Source: Kofleriaceae bacterium
GTDB taxonomy: Bacteria > Myxococcota_A > Polyangia > Haliangiales > Haliangiaceae
Assembly (NCBI GenBank): GCA_046597055.1
Contig: JBKJLC010000224.1
Span: 1 to 25,939 of the forward strand
DNA length: 25,939 nt
Direction: 5' to 3'
The first letter of the stretch is position 1, and every line of letters begins with the position of its first letter. Both the position numbers and the translations under genes were made by a program. The notes under the pieces were generated by a model. It made no database searches. It was not told the DNA's origin and saw nothing but the letters and a program-made list of their open reading frames with translations. This document shows positions 19,340-25,939 of the stretch, one piece after another.

Positions 19340-19392
19340 TGGGTAAATTCCCAATCTAAATCATGTACTTGGTAGGTGACTCACCGCGTCAA
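19340..19392 (-). promoter_or_regulatory. AT-rich putative promoter region of the C39-like gene, with palindrome GGTGACTCACC (19375-19385)
   Basis: TTGACG (-35-like) on the minus strand at 19387-19392, adjacent 11-bp palindrome, and an AT-rich tract. No well-spaced consensus -10. Confidence 0.3.
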
Positions 19393-19460
19393 TCGACGAT
19401 CCCGCCTCTGACGCGGCGCGTCGCATCATTAAAGACGTCGCCGCGGCGCGTCACGACGCC

Positions 19461-20306
19461 TCACTCCCGCAGGGGCGCGCCGGGTCGCGACGGCAGCGGA
19501 GGGAGCCCGAGCGCGAGCTGATCGCGGCGGAGCCCGCGGGGCAGCAGGTTCTCGACCATCTGCTCGCACCGCGGACACAGGTCGAGCAGGTCACCGGACG
19601 CGAAGAACGGGTCGTCTCCGGAGGTCGTGCAGCGGATCGCCCCGGGGCCGATCGCCGCGAGCACGCCGCGCAGCGGTTCGCCGGCGAGGCCACCCGGCGC
19701 CAGCCCGCGCTCGCGCTCGCACGTGGCGAGGTAGGAGGACAGCGCGACCGGGAGCGCGCAGCGGCCGGGGTTGACGTGCGGCTCCGGCAGCTGGTTGCGG
19801 GAGGCCCGTGCGATCCAGTCACGATGGTAGCTCGCGACGTCGGGCTCGATCGGAAGCACGCCCTGGTCAGCGCTGCGCAGGTCGAGCCAGACCTGGCCGG
19901 CGGCCGGGCCGCGGACGACCAGGAACGTGAGGTAGCCGCACCCGACGTGACCGAGCCCGACCACGCCCTGGTAGAGCGCGCACCCGGCCAGCTCGGCGGG
20001 GCCGGGGCCGGGCACGCCGGTGGTCAGCGCGAAGGTGCCCCGTGCGGCGGCGAGCTGGACCGGGTGGTCGAGCGGCATCAGGCCGTGGAACGGGCCGGCG
20101 CCGCCGTCGCCCACGGTGGTGACCAGCTCGCGGTGGGCGTCGGGCAGGCGCAGGCCAAGCTCGTCCTCGATCGCCGCGAGCCGCGCCGCGCTCACCGGGG
20201 GCGCCAGCCGGTAGTCATGATGGCGGGCGCCGAACCGGCGCCGCGCCGGATCCGCTGCCGCGATCTGGGCCAGCCACGCGTGGAGGGTCTCGGCGTACTC
20301 GGTCAT
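19461..20306 (-). CDS. SMI1/KNR4 (SUKH) family protein with Cys-containing C-terminal extension
   Basis: FGARHHDYRLAPPVS...IEDELGLRLPDAHRELVTTVGDGGAGPFHGL...GHVGCGYLTFLVVRGPAAGQVW. ATG overlaps the yjbQ stop (ATGA). Confidence 0.85.
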   Translation of the reverse strand: MTEYAETLHAWLAQIAAADPARRRFGARHHDYRLAPPVSAARLAAIEDELGLRLPDAHRELVTTVGDGGAGPFHGLMPLDHPVQLAAARGTFALTTGVPGPGPAELAGCALYQGVVGLGHVGCGYLTFLVVRGPAAGQVWLDLRSADQGVLPIEPDVASYHRDWIARASRNQLPEPHVNPGRCALPVALSSYLATCERERGLAPGGLAGEPLRGVLAAIGPGAIRCTTSGDDPFFASGDLLDLCPRCEQMVENLLPRGLRRDQLALGLPPLPSRPGAPLRE

Positions 20307-20713
20307 AGCAGCGTGACCGTCAGCCGCCGGCGCTGCGGCCCGGTTCGATGCTCCCACAGGTACAGCCCCTGCCACGTGCCCAGATCCAGCCGACCGCGGG
20401 CGACCGGCACCATCAGGGCGCTCTGGGTGAGCACGGTCCGCAGGTGGGCCGGCATGTCGTCGTCGCCCTCGGCGTCGTGCGTGTAGCGCGGGTCGCCGTC
20501 GGGCACGAGCCGGCCGAAGTACGCCTCGAGGTCGGCGCGGACGGTGGGGTCGGCGTTCTCGCACAGGATCAGCGAGGCGCTGGTGTGATGGCAGAAGACG
20601 TGGGCCAGCCCGTCGGCGTCGCGCGCGGGGGCCAGCAGGGCGCCGACCCGGTCGGTGAGGTCGTAGGTGCCACGGCCGCGGGTGTCGACCGTGAAGCTGG
20701 CGCGGTGGAGCAT
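20303..20713 (-). CDS. yjbQ: YjbQ / UPF0047 family protein (secondary thiamine-phosphate synthase)
   Basis: HTSASLILCENADPTV, YTHDAEGDDDMPAHLR, LGTWQGLYLWEHR. Confidence 0.94.
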   Translation of the reverse strand: MLHRASFTVDTRGRGTYDLTDRVGALLAPARDADGLAHVFCHHTSASLILCENADPTVRADLEAYFGRLVPDGDPRYTHDAEGDDDMPAHLRTVLTQSALMVPVARGRLDLGTWQGLYLWEHRTGPQRRRLTVTLL

Positions 20714-20820
20714 CGGGGCAGGCGTCGCAGGCGCGGCGCCGGCTGTCAAGGCGACGCCGGTGACGTCGGGGCCGCCGTTTCCGTGACTCCAGCGGCCGCT
20801 CGGGTGATCCTCGCGCGCGC

Positions 20821-22599
20821 GTGAGGTACGTCGACGAGCTCACCGAGCGGTTGAAGCAGCAGCTCGCGCTGGCGTACGGCCTCAAGGATCAGCTCGGCTT
20901 CGGCCTGCGCCAGCGGCTGCGCGAGGGCTACACCGCCCGCGACTTCCGCGCCGACGCGCTGGCCGGCGTGGTGGTCGGCGTGGTGGCGCTGCCGCTGTCG
21001 ATGGCGCTGGCGGTCGCGGTCGGGGTCCCACCCCAGTACGGCCTGTACACCGCGATCGTCGCCGGCATCCTGTGCGCGATGCTCGGCGGCACCCGGGCCC
21101 AGGTCACCGGGCCGACCGCCGCGTTCGTCGTGATCCTGGTGCCGATCGTCCGCGACTTCGGGCTGGCCGGCTTGCTGTGCGCCGGCATGATGGCCGGGGT
21201 CATCCTCGTGATGATGGGCATGGCCCGGCTCGGCCGGCTCATGCAGTTCATCCCGCACCCGGTCACCACCGGGTTCACCGCCGGCATCGCGGTGGTGATC
21301 GCGGTCATGCAGCTGAAGGACGGGCTCGGCCTCCGCCTCGAGGGGCGGCCCGAAGGCATCGTCGAGTACGTCGAGGCGCTGTGGGCGGCGCGGGCGACCG
21401 TGGCCGGGTGGGACGGCGCGATCTGCGCGGTGACCCTCGCGCTGCTGATCGGGGTGCCCAGGGTCATCCGACGGGTGCCGGCGCCGCTGATCGCGCTGGC
21501 CGGCGCCGCGCTGGCGACCCTGCTCGCCGACGCGCTGATCCCGGGCTTCGAGGTCGCCACCCTCGGCTCGCGGTTCTCGACCGTGATCGACGGCGAGACC
21601 GTGCGCGGCATCCCGCCGCTGCCGCCGCTGCCGGTGTGGCCGTGGGCGGTGGACGACAGCGGCTTTCGCTTCGACTACGCGATGATCAAGGCGCTGCTGC
21701 CGTCGGCGTTCGCGATCGCGATGCTGGGCGCGATCGAATCGCTGATGGCCGCGGTGATCGCCGATGGCATGGCCGGGACCAAGCACGATCCCAACAGCGA
21801 GCTGATCGCGCTCGGGGTCGCGAACATCGTGTGCCCGTTCTTCGGTGGCATCGCCGCCACCGGCGCGCTGGCGCGGACCGCGACCAACATCCGGGCCGGC
21901 GCGCAGTCGCCGCTGTCGTCGGTGATCCACTCGGTGTTCATCCTGGCCTGCACGATCGCGCTGGCGCCGCTGGTCGCCTACCTGCCGATGGCGGCGCTGG
22001 CCGCGCTGATGCTGATCGTCGCCAAGAACATGAGCGAGGCCCGCCACTTCGTGCGGCTGACCCGGATCGCGCCGCGGCCCGACGTGTTCGTGCTGTGGAC
22101 CTGCTTCGGGCTCACCGTGGTGTTCGACATGGTGATCGCGGTGTCGGTCGGCGTGGTGCTGGCCGCGCTGCTGTTCATGCGGCGGATGGCGGTGCTCACC
22201 AAGATCACGCTCGAGACCCAGGTCGGCGGGCACGTGGCGATGCCCGACGGGGTGCGCATGTACGAGATCGCCGGGCCGCTGTTCTTCGGGGCCGCCCAGG
22301 TCGCGCTCGGCACGCTCGAGACCGTCGATCGCGCGGCCCGGGTCGTGATCCTGTCGATGAAGCAGGTCCACGTCATGGACGCGACCGGCCTGGTCGCGCT
22401 GAGCTCGATCCTCGAACGGCTGCAGCGCGGCGATCGCAAGGTGATCCTGGCCGGGCTCCAGCCCGAGCCGGCGGCGCTCTTCGAGAAGGCCGGCATCAAG
22501 CGGGTGGCGGGCAAGCTCGCGTTCGCGCCCGACGTCGACACCGCGGTGTCGATGGCGATCGTCCACACCGCGCGGGCGCCGTCCGCGCCCCCGGGATGA
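20821..22599 (+). CDS. dauA: SulP/SLC26 family transporter with STAS domain, DauA (C4-dicarboxylate) type
   Basis: DALAGVVVGVVALPLSMALA...PPQYGLYTA, GPTAAFVVIL, FIPHPVTTGFTAGIA, MLGAIESL, ATGALARTATN, STAS GPLFFGAA...MDATG. Confidence 0.9.
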   Translation: MRYVDELTERLKQQLALAYGLKDQLGFGLRQRLREGYTARDFRADALAGVVVGVVALPLSMALAVAVGVPPQYGLYTAIVAGILCAMLGGTRAQVTGPTAAFVVILVPIVRDFGLAGLLCAGMMAGVILVMMGMARLGRLMQFIPHPVTTGFTAGIAVVIAVMQLKDGLGLRLEGRPEGIVEYVEALWAARATVAGWDGAICAVTLALLIGVPRVIRRVPAPLIALAGAALATLLADALIPGFEVATLGSRFSTVIDGETVRGIPPLPPLPVWPWAVDDSGFRFDYAMIKALLPSAFAIAMLGAIESLMAAVIADGMAGTKHDPNSELIALGVANIVCPFFGGIAATGALARTATNIRAGAQSPLSSVIHSVFILACTIALAPLVAYLPMAALAALMLIVAKNMSEARHFVRLTRIAPRPDVFVLWTCFGLTVVFDMVIAVSVGVVLAALLFMRRMAVLTKITLETQVGGHVAMPDGVRMYEIAGPLFFGAAQVALGTLETVDRAARVVILSMKQVHVMDATGLVALSSILERLQRGDRKVILAGLQPEPAALFEKAGIKRVAGKLAFAPDVDTAVSMAIVHTARAPSAPPG

Positions 22600-22609
22600 G
22601 CCGCGCCGG

Positions 22610-25600
22610 TCAGCGGGCTGGTGGGTCGGCCTCGACCACGGTCGCGCCGGCGGCGTCGTGGACGACCAGCAGCGCGAACCGCTCGACCTGGTCGAGGTCG
22701 TTGGTCGACAGGGTCGCGTAGTCGAGACGGCCGCGCAGGTCGGTGTAGCCGTCCTTGTAGAACTGGACGGCGCCGCCGCGCAGGCGGGCGTAGGCCTTCA
22801 CGTAGGCGGCCGGCAGCATGGCGCCGGTCGAGGCCTGGCGAACCTGGAGCTGGCCATAGGACGCCGCGACCGCGACCGCCAGATCGTGGGCGAAGTGGGT
22901 GACCGCCTGGCGCAGGGCGCCGGCGACCACCTCGACCACCACGTTGGCCTGGCCCAGGTCGTCCGGAAGTCGGACACGGGTGCGCCCGCCGGGATCGAGC
23001 GCGACCGTGGTCGTGGCGCCCGGGTCGATGTACGAGAAGCGATCGCCGGCGGCGCCCAGGAACGGCTGGCGCGAGAACAGCAGCTCGACGTCCATCCGGT
23101 AGAAGCGGACGGTCGCGGCGGTCAGGTGGACGTGATCGAGCACGACCTGGCCATCGTCGACCCGGACCGTTAGGGTCGGCTGGCGGGCGGCCAGCTCGGC
23201 CATCTTGCGGTCGCGGCGGTCGGGGTCGCCGCTGCTTTCGGGGGTCGCGGCCGGCGCGGCGCCGGCGACCTCGTCGAGCATCGCCGCCATCGCGGCGAAC
23301 CGGTGGCGCCAGCGATCGATCGGGTGGCCGACGTGGGGCCCGGTGAGCGCGCGCGCGGTGGCCAGATCGCCGGCGGTGGCGGCCGCGTAGGCGCTGAGGT
23401 AGGCGTGCTGGAGCGCGGCGTCGACCTCGGCGCGCGGGGCCCGGGCCAGCGCGCGGGCGGCGTCGTCGGGGCGGTCCATCGTGAAGAAGTAGTGGGCGGC
23501 GGCCAGCCAGTCGTCGGCGATCGGCGCGGCCCGGGTCGCGACCAGCTCGAGCAGCGCGTGCCACTGCGCGGCCAGCTCCTGGTTGAGCACGGTGCGGCGC
23601 TCGCCCAGCCGGTGCGCGCGCGCGTTGATGAGCGGCGCGTACTCGAGGTGCTGGTAGCGACCGCGCGCGATCGGGTCGACCGTGCACAGCCCGGTGACCA
23701 GCGGGCCGACCGTCGCCAGGAAGTCGTCCTGGTGGGCCAGCCACTCGCCGGTGCGGACCCGATCGTGATGGAGCAGGCCGTAGCTCCACACGGTGTCGTC
23801 GTGGACCTGGCGGGCCGCCAGCGCCCCGGTGATCCGCTCGAACGCGGCGCGATCGCGCAGGCGCCAGGCGATGCGCGCGAGCTCGATCCGGCCCAGGTTC
23901 TTGCTGGCGAGATAGCCGACCACGTCGTCGAGCGAGCCGCGCTGCGAGACGTGGGTCCACGAGGCGGTGTCGACCACGGTCGGCGCGCGCACCGCGGTGA
24001 TCGCACGCGATGGCGCGGCCGCGACCAGCTCGTCGCCGCGCATGACCTGGGCGCCGTAGTGATCGAAGCTGCCCGGGGCCGGGAAGTAGAACCCGTACTC
24101 GAGCGAGGTGGTCGCGTACGGCGCCAGCTCGACCCGCGCGGTCCGGGTCGCGATGCCGCCGCCGACCGCGATCGCGCCGGCCGGGATTTGCAACAGCACG
24201 GCCAGGCGCTGCTGCCGGCTGGTCGGGTTGGTGACCACCACCTGGCCCTGGTAGACGATGCCGACCAGCATCTCGCCGGTGACGTACTTCTCGCGCTGCT
24301 CGGCGCCGTCCCACTCCCAGCGGTCGTCGGCGCGGAAGTAGCTCTGGCCGACCAGCACCTGCTCGAGCGGCGGGCCGGCGACCGGGGCCAGCTCGGCGAG
24401 CGCGGCCAGCGCGTGGGAGCCGGCGCGGAGCGCGGCGCCGGCGCCGCGCGCGGTGATCGCGTGCGGGGCCGCGGCGAACGGCAGGTCGAGCACCGCCAGC
24501 GCGCACACGCTGGCGGCGAAGCTGGCGGCGGCGTCGGCGATGTGCGGCGACAGGAACGGTCCGGTGGTGTGGCCGGCCAGGTCGCGCCAGAGCCGCGTCG
24601 GCGCGATCAGCTCGGGGCCCTGCTCGGCGAGCCGGCGGTGCCACCAGTTGTGCTCGGCCCACTCCTGGGTCTGGTCGGCGCCGCGGTAGAGCGGGGCGGC
24701 GGTCTCCCGATCCATCAGGTCGAGCCGCATCGACGTCTCGTCGACGCCGCCGGCCATCGCTTGCATCATCGGCGCTCCGGCCGCGGCCGCCGCGCCGGTC
24801 GGGCGGCGCGACCCCGGGCGCGAGGCGCGCTTCAGCTTGGCCGCGTCGCCGCGACCGCCGGGGGCGCGCTCGGGCAGCTCCTCCAGCGTCGGATCGGACG
24901 CGGCTTCGGGCGCGCTCGCGCTCGCGCTCGCGGCCGCGGCCAGGTCGGGGTGGTCGCCCGACAGCGCGCCGCCGGCGAGAAAGGCGTCGACCAGGCGGTC
25001 GTCACCCTCGGGATCGGGCGGGGTCAGGTCGACCGCGTCGGCGAGGCCGCGCGCGATCGCGGCGCGGACGTGAGGGGCGCGCTGGGCCAGCAGCGCGCGC
25101 TCGAACCCGTTGAGCCGGGCGAACCGCCACGAGTTCAGGTACGGCGCGAGGTCGACGCCGAGCAGCCAGTGATCGATGAAGGTCTTGTGCAGCTTGCTGG
25201 CGAGGTAGGGGCCGACCACCTCGGCGAACAGCGCCGGATCCTTGCCATGGATGAACAGCGCCAGCTCGTGGCACGCGTGCCTGGAGTAGAGCGCGAGCCG
25301 CTCGGCGCGCGGCAGGCTGCGCCAGCGCGGCAAGAAGTCCCAGGCGGCGAGGTCGGCATCGCCACCGAGCGCGCACAGCGCCCGGTACAGCTTGTCGACC
25401 GAGTCGACCAGCTCGACCCGCGAGGTGGTGCGGTCGGCGACCGCGAGGGTGTCGCCGGCGGGCAGGGCGATCAGCCGGCGATCTTCGCGCACGTGGCGGT
25501 CGGCCGGCAGCGCGGCCGGCAGGCGCAGGTCGCGGACCGGCAGGTCGGACGGCGCCAGCGGGACGACGCGGGTCGTGGTCGCCGAAGGATCCACGCACAC

Positions 25601-25939
25601 CAGGTAGACCAGGCGGGCGTCGCCGAGCGCGGCGCGCGGCACGTGCACGTCGCCGTGCGGGTCGGGGCGCAGGTTGGCGAGCACGATGGGCGCCGACGCC
25701 AGGAAGTCATAGGCGGCGAACGCGGGATCGCTGGGCGCGTTGATCGATCCGGCGGCGTAGCCCTGGTCGGCGCGGGCGGCCCGCGGCGCCGCGGCCGGAG
25801 GCGGACCGCCGGCCCAGCCGCCCTCGCTCCTGGGCGCCTGTACGGTCGTGGTGGTCGCGCGCAGCGCCCACGGGTTGAGCAGCAGGCCGGGCCGCTCGAG
25901 CATCATCCCGGGTCGCCGGGGCGCGTGCTTGCGATCGAG
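22610..25939 (-). CDS. Very large hypothetical protein, 5' end outside the window (more than 1100 aa seen)
   Basis: Frame is open to the window edge (LDRKHAPRRPGMMLERPGLLLNPW...) with host-like codon usage. It contains helical regions, Ig/macroglobulin-like beta segments (GQVVVTNPT...FYFPAPGSFDHY) and a C-terminal YVKAYAR...FYKDGYTDLRGRLDY. Confidence 0.85.
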   Translation of the reverse strand, partial: LDRKHAPRRPGMMLERPGLLLNPWALRATTTTVQAPRSEGGWAGGPPPAAAPRAARADQGYAAGSINAPSDPAFAAYDFLASAPIVLANLRPDPHGDVHVPRAALGDARLVYLVCVDPSATTTRVVPLAPSDLPVRDLRLPAALPADRHVREDRRLIALPAGDTLAVADRTTSRVELVDSVDKLYRALCALGGDADLAAWDFLPRWRSLPRAERLALYSRHACHELALFIHGKDPALFAEVVGPYLASKLHKTFIDHWLLGVDLAPYLNSWRFARLNGFERALLAQRAPHVRAAIARGLADAVDLTPPDPEGDDRLVDAFLAGGALSGDHPDLAAAASASASAPEAASDPTLEELPERAPGGRGDAAKLKRASRPGSRRPTGAAAAAGAPMMQAMAGGVDETSMRLDLMDRETAAPLYRGADQTQEWAEHNWWHRRLAEQGPELIAPTRLWRDLAGHTTGPFLSPHIADAAASFAASVCALAVLDLPFAAAPHAITARGAGAALRAGSHALAALAELAPVAGPPLEQVLVGQSYFRADDRWEWDGAEQREKYVTGEMLVGIVYQGQVVVTNPTSRQQRLAVLLQIPAGAIAVGGGIATRTARVELAPYATTSLEYGFYFPAPGSFDHYGAQVMRGDELVAAAPSRAITAVRAPTVVDTASWTHVSQRGSLDDVVGYLASKNLGRIELARIAWRLRDRAAFERITGALAARQVHDDTVWSYGLLHHDRVRTGEWLAHQDDFLATVGPLVTGLCTVDPIARGRYQHLEYAPLINARAHRLGERRTVLNQELAAQWHALLELVATRAAPIADDWLAAAHYFFTMDRPDDAARALARAPRAEVDAALQHAYLSAYAAATAGDLATARALTGPHVGHPIDRWRHRFAAMAAMLDEVAGAAPAATPESSGDPDRRDRKMAELAARQPTLTVRVDDGQVVLDHVHLTAATVRFYRMDVELLFSRQPFLGAAGDRFSYIDPGATTTVALDPGGRTRVRLPDDLGQANVVVEVVAGALRQAVTHFAHDLAVAVAASYGQLQVRQASTGAMLPAAYVKAYARLRGGAVQFYKDGYTDLRGRLDYATLSTNDLDQVERFALLVVHDAAGATVVEADPPAR

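Noticed and set aside
19325..19360. ACGCAAAGCC on the minus strand, reminiscent of the c-di-GMP-I riboswitch
   Set aside because: The upstream GGCAAAC...GNRA stem and the downstream receptor stem are not present.
12576..20885. Apparent fusion ORFs 12576..15035, 17005..18273, 17739..19130 and 19461..20885
   Set aside because: Their N-terminal parts are off-frame read-throughs of upstream genes. The true starts sit at stop/start overlaps or a nearby RBS.

Overview
Very GC-rich, gene-dense bacterial chromosomal segment. Gene content points to a myxobacterium (Myxococcota, plausibly Haliangiales/Kofleriaceae-like; this is inference). Left to right it holds: a partial class III adenylate cyclase (absent from the ORF track), an atypical CYP152-like cytochrome P450, an OmpA/MotB-type lipoprotein, a hypothetical protein, a cytidylate-kinase-like protein, a decayed addiction-module/ParE toxin-antitoxin remnant, uvrC, rseP, three glycosyltransferases and ssb. 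A highly structured non-coding stretch follows ssb. After it come a translationally coupled Ser/Thr kinase / TPR-PEGA / Gly-rich lipoprotein trio, a lipoprotein, a SnoaL-like protein coupled to a stand-alone C39-like peptidase, a SMI1/KNR4 protein coupled to yjbQ, dauA (SulP-STAS), and the 3' part of a very large unknown protein. No rRNA, tRNA, CRISPR array, transposase or integrase was seen. The best candidates for something undescribed are the structured element after ssb, the P450 lacking both standard I-helix catalytic motifs next to a cyclase, and the kinase/PEGA/Gly-rich cassette. All family calls come from motif recognition by eye; no searches were run.
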